This document shows, one piece after another, positions 50,701 to 57,606 of a stretch of 64,000 bases of DNA. Origin of the DNA: Candidatus Woesebacteria bacterium. Its GTDB lineage: Bacteria > Patescibacteriota > Microgenomatia > UBA8517. Below the pieces are notes generated by a model, which was given only the letters and a program-made list of their open reading frames with translations, searched no databases and was not told where the DNA came from. Numbering within the stretch: position 1 is the stretch's first letter; each line of letters begins with the position of its first letter. The position numbers and the translations under genes were made by a program. The DNA is taken from the NCBI GenBank assembly GCA_003484955.1, contig DMZH01000003.1, positions 112,387-176,386 on the forward strand, given 5' to 3'.

Positions 50701-52913
50701 AGATTTAATGTTCCCCCAAGAGATAAACTTCCGCCGCCCGAGAGAATTCCACTGCTATTAATGGTAACTGAAGAATTACTAAGACTGGAATTGCCAATGT
50801 TGGATAAAGTGTTTGATGCCCCCGAAATTGTTAAACCGGAGGCTGTACCGGCAATTGTTACCCCACTAATTTGCCCTCCTATTACATATATATTGCTGGC
50901 AGATTGAGTAGCTATTGTTCCCAATCCAGAAATGTCCGATGTTGAAATGCCCAGCAAGGTTTTTACCTGAGCTCCTGTTAGGGCAATTGGAGTCGCGGAA
51001 CTTCCTGTATTATTTCCGATTATTGAGTTAGCCACAAGGTTGGCCATCTTGGAAAGGGATATTGCACCATTTCCGATAGTTGTACTAATTGTGGTTGCCC
51101 CGCTTCCTGAAACGTCCCCACTTAAAGTAATTGTTTGGTTACCGGTTAAATAATTTGAATTATTGGTCCATTGAGAAATATTTCCTGACGTAAAGTTGGC
51201 AACTGAAAGACCGGATATGGTGTTACTTGCTCCCGAGATAGTTTTATTGGTTAAAGTGTCGCTTGTTGCCCGACCGATAAGAGTGTCTGTAGATATCGGC
51301 AAGGTTAGAGTTCCGGTATTACTAATTGTTGAAATAATAGGAGATGTACTAAACGTCCAAGTCCCGGTAACCGACTGAGTTTGATCACTTCTGACTATTT
51401 TTGAGTTGGTGTAATCAATCGATAAATTCCCCTCGCCTGCGGGAGAATTCGTCAGATCAAAATCAGCTCCCAAAAAATCAATTGTAGTTGCAGATGAAAC
51501 TACTGTTACATCATCTGCTTGAAGTGTTGAAATTCCCCCTCCCGTTCCTCCTGCATCAGTTGCACAGTCCCAGGAGGAGGTACTATCCGTCCACTTTAAA
51601 AGTTCGCCGTCGCCGCAAGTCCGGATTAAAGAAAGTCCTGACGAAGTGGCCACAAGCCCTCCCCCCGATTGAATATTCAAAGCCAAACTAGTAGCACCCG
51701 AGGTTCCTCCTCCGGTCAAACCATTTCCCGCGGTTACACCGGTAATTGTCCCTGATCCTCCGGATGTTCCACAGGACCCCCAAGTAAAGCCCCCGGTACT
51801 ATTGTTGTAAGTTAAACATTGTCCGCCGGTTGGATCATTCGAAGATGCCAAATCGGATTCATTTATGGAGCTATCGGAAACGCCTACCGCTGTAATTCCA
51901 GAAAGATCAACTGAAAGCGTTGCAATGTTATCAAGTGTGGCAACTGTTAATTTAGAACTATCGCTTTTTATGTCGGTTATTCCCTGAATTATCTCGCCTA
52001 CCGTCTGTTGATAAACACTATTGCCGCTTGAGATTGATTGGGCAACACTCTGAATATAATTCACAACTCCTTGAATTGGAGATGTCAAAATGGCACCGCC
52101 TGACGTTCCACCAGCAAAAGCCCATGTTCCCGTACTCTCGTCAAAGATCGGCTTATTGAATCCCGTTGGCTGATAATCAGAAATTCCCAAAACATCAATA
52201 TTCGCAGAAAGCTCATAAATTGAATTGAAAAGGGAGATTGCGTTCTTGGCAACCGTACTTTCTACTTCGGTTGTTTTCTGAGCGCCGGTTTTTATGACGA
52301 CATTTAAGATTTTACCGTTCTTATCAACCGTTCCTGCAACTACAAATCCGGTATCATATGTCTGTCCCACAAAGTCACCAATCAGCCTTCCCTCTTCAAC
52401 CTTTCCTTGAAGAATCTTAATTGCATAGGAGGTGTTGCTATCTAAAACCAAATTGGCAATCATTCTATCCATAATTTGGCCCACAGCTCTTGTGCCGTCT
52501 TTCAAATAAAAAGTGGTTATGATCCCATCACTAAAACTATCAAGCGCTTGGTCACCTGATAAGAATAAAATTCTTGCTCTATTAACAAATTGGTTGCCGT
52601 CCCCTTTTACCTCTCCGCTGATAACTTTATATACAGAAAATGAACCGTTTGATAAAAGTGCTGTCCCGACAACCTTATCATCAAAAAATGAATTTTCTAC
52701 TCTTTCTTCGTCAAGATAGCCTGATCTGGTCTCGACATCTTTGACCATTTGAGAGATGTTCGATGTCAAAAATCCCTTTTGTCCAGCAAGGTTTAGAAAA
52801 TATCCCCCTCCAACAGCCACCGCTGAAGTAATCGCAAGAACCAATACAACGACTAAGGGTATTACCCCGTCGTTATACTTTTTCTGAGACTGATATTTTG
52901 TTATCCGTAACAA
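44775..52913 (-). CDS. Giant (2712 aa) N-terminally membrane-anchored repetitive fibre protein.
   Basis: TM at aa 17-40. Five or more ~150-aa repeats (..AISLSKMANLAANSIIGNNTGSSATPIALT..QVKTLLGISTSD.SGLGTIATQSASN..). Four Cys-pair 'C.DG.LLKW....W.C..D.GG.GGG.ST' motifs. Many 'GAITGATATNTINGIIINSGA' repeats. Unique beta-rich C-terminal domain. Confidence 0.8.
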   Translation of the reverse strand: MLRITKYQSQKKYNDGVIPLVVVLVLAITSAVAVGGGYFLNLAGQKGFLTSNISQMVKDVETRSGYLDEERVENSFFDDKVVGTALLSNGSFSVYKVISGEVKGDGNQFVNRARILFLSGDQALDSFSDGIITTFYLKDGTRAVGQIMDRMIANLVLDSNTSYAIKILQGKVEEGRLIGDFVGQTYDTGFVVAGTVDKNGKILNVVIKTGAQKTTEVESTVAKNAISLFNSIYELSANIDVLGISDYQPTGFNKPIFDESTGTWAFAGGTSGGAILTSPIQGVVNYIQSVAQSISSGNSVYQQTVGEIIQGITDIKSDSSKLTVATLDNIATLSVDLSGITAVGVSDSSINESDLASSNDPTGGQCLTYNNSTGGFTWGSCGTSGGSGTITGVTAGNGLTGGGTSGATSLALNIQSGGGLVATSSGLSLIRTCGDGELLKWTDSTSSWDCATDAGGTGGGISTLQADDVTVVSSATTIDFLGADFDLTNSPAGEGNLSIDYTNSKIVRSDQTQSVTGTWTFSTSPIISTISNTGTLTLPISTDTLIGRATSDTLTNKTISGASNTISGLSVANFTSGNISQWTNNSNYLTGNQTITLSGDVSGSGATTISTTIGNGAISLSKMANLVANSIIGNNTGSSATPIALTGAQVKTLLGISTSDISGLGTIATQSASNIYVIGGQISGVTIAGTASGLTISGASNTLSNIGNSSLSNSSVTINSSGILSGGGSLSLGGTLNLLATEADTFSSVTGRGASTATALTLSSATPITFSGTTPTITFSGGNTIFDLTGATTRTLNILNSTTSQVANVIVDGTISASNFSGTSSGTNTGDQTITLTSDVTGSGTGSFATTIAGGAVTLGKMANLAANSIIGNNTGSSATPIALTGSQVKTLLGISTSDVSGLGTIATQSASNVFITGGQLSGLVSINGATISGGSISGGSLSTVAVNGVTTGNIILSTGSYADPGWITSLSPTKVLPDQTGNSGKVLGTNGSALSWITNSSGVAWGAITGLLDDQTDLTASLSGKLSKTLTSANIFVGNGSNIATGVAVTGDISINNTGLTAIGNGAVSLSKMTNLAANSIIGNNTGSAATPIALTASQVKTLLGISTNDISGLGTIATQSASNVYITGGQLVGGTINNITIGGTTRAGGNFTILDSNGNTTLGDTNTDTLTIKAGSSGAGITLYDSSFANCSALETVAGVLTCGTDDTGAGGGISTIQIGDADVVTSATTVDFLAADFDATNSPAGEGNIAIDYTNSKITRTDQIQSISGAWTFSDLTISDTNIPLSGASLTFDFNNALDRTLTITNSSTGLANFSVEGTIGASNFSGTSSGTNTGDQTITLTSDVTGTGTGSFATTIASGAVTLGKMANLAANSIIGNNTGSSTTPIALTASQVKTLLGISTSDVSGLGTIATQSASNVFITGGQVSGVTIGGTATGLSISGSTNTLSNIGNSSLTNSSVTINTSGILSGGGSLSLGGTLNLSTTEADTLLSVTGRGATTSNGITLSSASPLLFSSSVPVLTLGAGDAAGVLTIKDSNATPNTLLTLTDAGTTGNLSVTGTLLGSNFSGSSSGTNTGDQTISLTSDVTGSGTGSFAVTIANGAVTLGKMANLAANSIIGNNTGSSATPIALTAAQVKTLLSISTTDISGLGTIATQSAGNVFITGGQITGGTINGATIGAVTPASGAFTGLSATSAISAPTSTNTINGLIINSGALSGITTISASSTINGATLSGGTLSGGSLSGGTYSGTALSGTGSFTITGGTAASETLTLVSTSNITKGDIQFFSASNKITSAGALTIVGALSASNVSGSNTGDQTITLTGDVTGSGTGSFATTIAGNSVALTTDTTGDYVATLTSGNGISAAATGEGSAPTISLAALTADWNQTGAFDIVLVNTSSELKMLESGVTPTLYGILDIGDLSTSDSTFTFSGSSGTVVTSSNAAAQLSAWDQTASDDLTTSNYSTTLDSIYVNVGESPTGGDISGSFSGGLTIAANSVALGTDTTGNYIASATSNGGLTMTGTEGGSLGIDLPAATDALSVTTSSGSGLELLVSGVTLLQGCSDGQLLKWNETADTWGCSADNTGAGGGVSTIKEGGTNIVTSAVALNYVAADFIITDETAGVAGITIDYANSKIIRKSDSAVTFDAGATFSTTGNLNGVTINTATGASGNSGAITIQTGGTSVSGTSGSVTIDTGAGVTSNGAITIGGTNASNLAIGRATVTTTVNGTLAAGGVLISGGSINGTTLGASTPSTGAFTTLSATGAITGATATNTINGIIINSGAVSNVSTLGLSGAITGATATNTINGLIINSGALSGITTINASGQITSTLVTGTAPFVVASTTNVANLNASSLNGATFAAPGSIGSTTPGSGAFTTLSATGAITGATATNTINGVIINSGAVSNVSTLGLSGAITGATATNTINGLIINSGALSGATTLGLSGAITAATATNTINGIIINSGAVSGVSTLGLSGAISGATATNTINGMIINSGAVSGVTTLGASSTVTIGSGGNTYTFNPAAAPALAGTARPDRREELVPEFPGAVLTGSGTGTMTSDFCAASAGVGGLTATNTTVCNTSGDTHNYYNWTTTQGTPQTYTVYLKWRVPDNFSAWDTSNSIQAYAKRSDATNGHVNIKVYDTANALNNAGGTEIAGAANTWIQNGINISGGTWTAGSYMTIQIDVTAAATGGITDVGEISLNYFTSN

Positions 52914-52914
52914 C

Positions 52915-54738
52915 TTATTTATTTTTCCTTAAGAATGTAACGAGTGTTAAACTTCCGATAGTGGTTATAATAAAAAATAGAAATGTTGCAAAACCCATCA
53001 AACTATATATCCTTATAGCGGCTGACTGGGATTGTGCAGCCACAACTCCCCAATTGTAATCGTCAACATTTTTATAAGCCTCAAGCTTCAAGACTCCTTC
53101 ATAATCATAAGTAACCAATGATCCGCTCGTTCCCGAAACGGCTTTCATTACCAAACTATCAGAGGGTGCCTTTATTATTGTATCTTGAGGGTCGGGATTT
53201 AGAATATAATTTCCACTGGAATCTGCTACCGTAAATGAACTTGTTCCAGTGTGGTCAATTTGTCCTAATTGTCTTTGAAGTTCAAAGATATCAACCGAGC
53301 CTAAAATCACGCCCAAAAATTTGCCGTCTGTACCAATTATAGGAAGTGAGATTAAGATCGAGGGTTCAATTCCCGGAGAGTTGGGTTTGATAAAACCCGT
53401 CACAAAAACTCTGCCTGTCTTCGCTGGTTCACTAAAATAATCCCTATTGGAAATGTCTACATTCTGACTTTGAAAATAAAACGGATAAGTATCAACAATC
53501 TTACCGTTTCCGTCTGTAACAACCATACGGACAAAAGAATTATTTGAAGACAGATAGATTTGTTTAAGTTCACTATCTAAATCAGCAGTAGACCCTTCGA
53601 TCAACAATTTGGACAAATTGTTGTCGCTTAGAAAAGCTGAAAGGGTTAGTGTGTTTCTGTCCATGAAATTTTTAGTCACCTCGGATGCTAACTCAACCCT
53701 TCCGTTCATCTCGTCTAAGATGATAGTTTGAAAAGAACGATATGCCATCCGAAGCATAAATGATCCGATAAAGAAAACACCCAAGATCCACAAGAAACAA
53801 ACCAGAGCCTCTTTTTTAGTCTTTGTTTTAAAAGTATCAAATTCACTGGCGAAGGGATAGACAAACGAAAATGTTCCTAGGGTTATTCCAAAAATAGATC
53901 TACCCCAGTACCCACCTGTAAAAGACATTGCGGAGTAAATAAGCGCTATTGTTCCGGCTATAAAGGAGGTTATTATCATGAAATATTTACTTCCTTTTAA
54001 AGCTTTAAGGCTCAAGAATAAAAGTAAACAAAAAAATGCAAACCAAACCGCAGCAAACACGTCCCGGGAGACTATTCCGGTACGAAAAAGAATGGAGAAT
54101 GTAGAAGAACCTGGCCAAATAAGAAATCCTAGACCAATCAAAACAAACAAAAGGTTTATAAAAATTAGATATTGCAAGCGATAATTTATCCTTTTTATAG
54201 CCGAGAGTATAAGAACAACCGACAGCGATAAATATCCTACCGAAGAAACAGATTTTTGAGACAAAAATATTCCCGCTAGAACCAATGACAAAACGCCAAT
54301 GTAAAGATATAAGGCTGTATGTTTGTGGCCTTTATTAATCATGAAAGTATCAAAACCAAGTAAAAGTGCCCCCCCAATAAAAAGAAGAATATTTACAACG
54401 TTCAAATATGGCGCAATTTCCATTAATGGCTGTTGGGCATTTGCATAAACTGGATTTGTGAATTGGGAAAAACCGAGACCAATTGCAAGAAATCCTATAA
54501 ACCAATCAAAAATACTGAGTGATTTTTTAGGATCAGGCGCCGAAGATGGTGTCTCCTGAAGACTTTTACCTCTTTCCTGAAGAAGTCTGTTCACTTCGCT
54601 CGCCGGTATTCTAAACCTCCCCTCGGCACCCAACCTGACAGCTTTAATGCTGCCGTTTTCCAAATATTTATAGACCGTGTTTGTAGAAAAACCAAGAAGA
54701 TTTGCTACCTCTTTTACTGTGTAGGTCGATTTGGGCAT
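52915..54738 (-). CDS. Membrane-bound one-component regulator: N-terminal HTH (excisionase/HTH_17-type), about 8 TM helices, an extracytoplasmic Cache-like sensor domain and a C-terminal TM.
   Basis: YTVKEVANLLGFSTNTVYKYLENGSIKAVRLG...RFRIPASEV is the HTH. A long polytopic region follows. The Cache-like stretch is (..VTDGNGKIVDTYPFY..DISNRDYF..GVILGSVDIFELQ..). Its stop overlaps the giant gene start by 1 bp. Confidence 0.65.
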   Translation of the reverse strand: MPKSTYTVKEVANLLGFSTNTVYKYLENGSIKAVRLGAEGRFRIPASEVNRLLQERGKSLQETPSSAPDPKKSLSIFDWFIGFLAIGLGFSQFTNPVYANAQQPLMEIAPYLNVVNILLFIGGALLLGFDTFMINKGHKHTALYLYIGVLSLVLAGIFLSQKSVSSVGYLSLSVVLILSAIKRINYRLQYLIFINLLFVLIGLGFLIWPGSSTFSILFRTGIVSRDVFAAVWFAFFCLLLFLSLKALKGSKYFMIITSFIAGTIALIYSAMSFTGGYWGRSIFGITLGTFSFVYPFASEFDTFKTKTKKEALVCFLWILGVFFIGSFMLRMAYRSFQTIILDEMNGRVELASEVTKNFMDRNTLTLSAFLSDNNLSKLLIEGSTADLDSELKQIYLSSNNSFVRMVVTDGNGKIVDTYPFYFQSQNVDISNRDYFSEPAKTGRVFVTGFIKPNSPGIEPSILISLPIIGTDGKFLGVILGSVDIFELQRQLGQIDHTGTSSFTVADSSGNYILNPDPQDTIIKAPSDSLVMKAVSGTSGSLVTYDYEGVLKLEAYKNVDDYNWGVVAAQSQSAAIRIYSLMGFATFLFFIITTIGSLTLVTFLRKNK

Positions 54739-54745
54739 TTTGGCA

Positions 54746-54832
54746 GTTTTTACAAGTACTTCTAGGGTTGTTTTTACAAGTTTTTGTAAGTATTCACAAC
54801 TCCAATACTATATATAAAAGTTTTCACAACTC
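54746..54832. promoter_or_regulatory. Promoter/operator region of the fibre operon with direct repeats: GTTTTTACAAGT x2 and TTCACAACTC x2.
   Basis: GTTTTTACAAGT at 54746-54757 and 54770-54781. The 14-mer TGTTTTTACAAGTT at 54769-54782 is identical to 39300-39313. (A/T)TTCACAACTC at 54792-54802 and 54822-54832. A TATATA box lies between them. Confidence 0.4.
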
Positions 54833-54909
54833 TTGTCAAGCCTGAATTTGTAAAAACATGAGGCTAAAAATGATATAATATTTGAGGTTCCTGAAAAACA
54901 GTGAAAACT

Positions 54910-54980
54910 GGGCTCGTAGGCAAACGGTATACCGTATCATTCGCATTGATAAGTTCCGGGTTCAATTCCCGGCGAGTCCA
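54910..54980 (+). tRNA. tRNA-Ala (anticodon CGC).
   Basis: Manual fold. Acceptor GGGCTCG/CGAGTCC including the diagnostic G3:U70 pair. Discriminator A73. Anticodon stem TATCA/TGATA with loop TTCGCAT. T-arm CCGGG-TTCAATT-CCCGG. The D-stem has one C:A mismatch. Confidence 0.7.
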
Positions 54981-55007
54981 CAACTGGAGAGAAAAATCAA
55001 AAGGTAC

Positions 55008-56099
55008 TTACTTCAGGTAATTGAAGGGGTTCACTGCAGCCCCATTTAAATAGATTCTGAGGTCCAAATGGGGACCTGTTGAACGGCCTGTAGAGCCCAT
55101 TCTTCCAATTACCGACCCCCTTGCAACATTCTGTCCGGTGGTAACCATAATCTGACTTAAGTGAGAATAGCGGGTCTTAAAACCGTTTCCGTGATCGATA
55201 AACACCATGTTTCCATACCCACTTGAATCCCAACCCGCATAAATAACACGCCCACTGTCGGCGGCAACTATCGGCGGCAAGCTTGGATTGGCAACGTCAA
55301 TTGCGGGGTGATACCAGGAAAATCTTTGCGTAATAATTCCTTGCGTGGGCCAGACAAATTGCCCGGAAGCTGCTACCGTTCCCGCATCGGGAGTCATCTG
55401 CCTTGCTTTCGGGGTTGCAGCTGTAGCCAATCTGACACCCTCAGGAACAATTATTGTTTGTCCTATTGCTAACTCAAAAGTTTCATCATTTGTAAAAGTG
55501 TTAAACGGAAAATCAACCATTCCCTGCGGACCTGTGTCATATTTTTTTGCAATCGAATAGACTGTATCTCCTTTGACAACGGTATGAGCAACTCCTGTTA
55601 CCGGCAGGATTTTAAGCGTCTGACCGATTTTTATTCTGTCTTTAACTAGATTATTTTCCCAACGAATGGTGTCCTCTGAAACACCAAATTTATCAGCAAT
55701 CGACTTTACCGTATCTCCGCTTTGAACTTGATAATCAATGATACTATCCCTTACCTTATTAGATATTTGTGTATCAATTCCCAGATCATCGGTAGACGCG
55801 GAAAGCACTGACGGCGCTGCCGAAATTGACCAAGGGTTAACTGATTTACCGGGAAATTCTTGTGCAATTAAGGGGGCCAGCATTACACCAAGTGTGGCAA
55901 TTGCCGCCATACCTGAATGACTTAAAGTTCGCGACAACTTTCCCCTCTTCCGATAAAGTGCGGTAACAACAATTCCTTTCCTTTCCTCAAGTTTCAAAAA
56001 ACTGATGTGTAGACTTTTCAGAATAAAATTCGTCAGCTCAAAAAAGAAAGTTCTTATCTCCTCCCATATTTCTAAAGGCACCTCAAAATTTTTTTCCAT
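55008..56099 (-). CDS. LysM-domain / M23-family peptidoglycan endopeptidase.
   Basis: Two LysM motifs (YQVQSGDTVKSIADKFGVS, HTVVKGDTVYSIAKKYD) and an M23 C-terminus (FIDHGNGFKTRYSHLSQ...GSTGRSTGPHLDL). The true start is probably an internal Met, so the predicted N-terminus is uncertain. Confidence 0.8.
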   Translation of the reverse strand: MEKNFEVPLEIWEEIRTFFFELTNFILKSLHISFLKLEERKGIVVTALYRKRGKLSRTLSHSGMAAIATLGVMLAPLIAQEFPGKSVNPWSISAAPSVLSASTDDLGIDTQISNKVRDSIIDYQVQSGDTVKSIADKFGVSEDTIRWENNLVKDRIKIGQTLKILPVTGVAHTVVKGDTVYSIAKKYDTGPQGMVDFPFNTFTNDETFELAIGQTIIVPEGVRLATAATPKARQMTPDAGTVAASGQFVWPTQGIITQRFSWYHPAIDVANPSLPPIVAADSGRVIYAGWDSSGYGNMVFIDHGNGFKTRYSHLSQIMVTTGQNVARGSVIGRMGSTGRSTGPHLDLRIYLNGAAVNPFNYLK

Positions 56100-56191
56100 A
56101 CAATACCCCGGATGAAAATCCTAGGTGGATTGATAATACATTATAAAAATACCTGAAGCAAATTTAACCGGAGAGTAAAAAAGTAGCTCAA

Positions 56192-57535
56192 TTAAACAGT
56201 TTTGAGACTGTCAAGAAACTCATCGTTGGTTTCTGTCTTGGCAAGCCTATCAATCAAGGTTAAAGTCTTTTCGTCATCATTCATCAAGTCAATCATTCTT
56301 CTTAATGTATTAACTTTTCTGAGTTTTTCCATTCCAAAAAGGAGTTCGTCCTGACGGGTCCCTGATCTGGCAACATCAATTGCGGGGAATACTCTCCTAT
56401 CGGAAAGTTTTCTATCAAGATGAAGCTCCATGTTTCCTGTACCCTTAAATTCTTCATAAATAAGATCATCCATTCTGGATCCCGTGTCGACCAAACAAGT
56501 TCCGATTATGGTTAGGGATCCCCCGTTTTCAATATTCCTTGCAGCACCAAAGAATTTTTTGGCCGGGAAAAGCGCCATTGGATCAAATCCTCCTGAGAGA
56601 GTTCTGCCGGAGGTTGGAAGAGCTAAATTGTAAGCTCTCGCCATTCTGGTAATCGAATCAAGAACTATGACAACGTCGTGTCCCATTTCGACAAGGCGGC
56701 GGGCACGCTCGAGAGCCAACTCTCCTACTCTGGTCTGGTCTTGTGGTGCTTCATCAAAATTACTGGCAGCAACTTCTCCCATCTTATTGGTAACCGTGTC
56801 CATTGTTCTTATAATGTCAGTTACCTCCTCGGGGCGTTCCCCGATTAAAACCGCCATAATATGAACTTTTTTGCTTTTTCCTTTACCATCTTCAGCATAA
56901 TTACCGGCAATGCCTTTAATTATATCTTTTACAAGCCAGGTTTTTCCTGCTTTCGGAGGAGAAACAATAAGTGCACGCTGTCCGAAACCAATCGGAGCAA
57001 TCAGGTCTATCATTCTGGTCGTTAATGTATCTTTATCTGTCGAAAGTATAATTTGTGCATCAGGATAGACCGCTGTCATATCATCAAAATTTGGCCTCTG
57101 GCCAACGGATTCGACAGGTTCACCATTTATTTTTTCAACTTTCAAAAGACCCCAATATCTTTCGTTTTCCTTGGGGCGCCTGGCCTGCCCGGCGATAACA
57201 TCCCCTACTCTGAGATTAAACCTTCTTATTTGAGATGCTGAAATATAGATATCATGATCGCTTGGAGCAAATCTGACAGGCCTTAAAAGACCCGACCCTT
57301 CATTGGCAATGTCAAGTACTCCGATAACGGTTTCTGTCGGGAGTCCAGCGTCGGGAATCAATCTGTCGTCAACCACCAAAGGATTGGGCGTAGACTCGGT
57401 TATTGCAACTCCGCTTGAGGCATCTGACGAACTCTCTGCCACAGCAGAAATCTCCTCTTCTTTTTGAGGAGCGCCAACCAAAGACTGCAAGTCCTTATTT
57501 TCTTCCTGAATTTTACTGACTGATTTTCTTGGCAT
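56192..57535 (-). CDS. rho: Transcription termination factor Rho.
   Basis: RNA-binding CSD-like region and an ATPase domain (LIVSPPKAGKT Walker A, LIGERPEEVTD). The N-terminus has a low-complexity acidic/Ser-rich extension. Confidence 0.85.
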   Translation of the reverse strand: MPRKSVSKIQEENKDLQSLVGAPQKEEEISAVAESSSDASSGVAITESTPNPLVVDDRLIPDAGLPTETVIGVLDIANEGSGLLRPVRFAPSDHDIYISASQIRRFNLRVGDVIAGQARRPKENERYWGLLKVEKINGEPVESVGQRPNFDDMTAVYPDAQIILSTDKDTLTTRMIDLIAPIGFGQRALIVSPPKAGKTWLVKDIIKGIAGNYAEDGKGKSKKVHIMAVLIGERPEEVTDIIRTMDTVTNKMGEVAASNFDEAPQDQTRVGELALERARRLVEMGHDVVIVLDSITRMARAYNLALPTSGRTLSGGFDPMALFPAKKFFGAARNIENGGSLTIIGTCLVDTGSRMDDLIYEEFKGTGNMELHLDRKLSDRRVFPAIDVARSGTRQDELLFGMEKLRKVNTLRRMIDLMNDDEKTLTLIDRLAKTETNDEFLDSLKTV

Positions 57536-57606
57536 GTATTTAGAATTTAGAATCTAAAGCTTTGAATCATGAATTACGGAATCCGGGCAAACTCGAAGTT
57601 CAATCA

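Noticed and set aside
45160-51691. Numerous 60-250-aa ORFs on the plus strand (e.g. 45160..45924, 48178..48666, 50275..50907), rich in P/V/A/L with repeated peptides.
   Set aside because: They lie antisense inside the 8.1-kb giant fibre gene. Their repeats mirror the sense-strand repeats, and the codon-biased G/T/S-rich coding strand automatically yields open antisense frames. There is no independent evidence for them.
30745-52000. Highly regular long direct repeats that could at first glance suggest a CRISPR array or satellite.
   Set aside because: The repeats are hundreds of bp long, in frame and translate into conserved protein modules. There are no short repeat/spacer units and no cas genes.
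28790-54738. Possible prophage (integrase-like N-terminal domains, excisionase-type HTHs, tail-fibre-like proteins with an S74 chaperone domain).
   Set aside because: There are no capsid, portal, terminase, tail tube/sheath or lysis genes, and no recombinase catalytic domain. The fibre proteins carry TM anchors and are embedded in cellular-type operons. I treat this as phage-derived domains in cellular surface proteins rather than a prophage.
54910-54980. Concern that the tRNA-Ala call is a pseudogene because of a C12:A23 mismatch in the D-stem.
   Set aside because: All other elements (G3:U70, A73, T-loop TTCAATT, 5-bp anticodon stem, 7-nt loop) are canonical. A single D-stem mismatch is tolerated in tRNAs. 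It is kept as a tRNA with moderate confidence.
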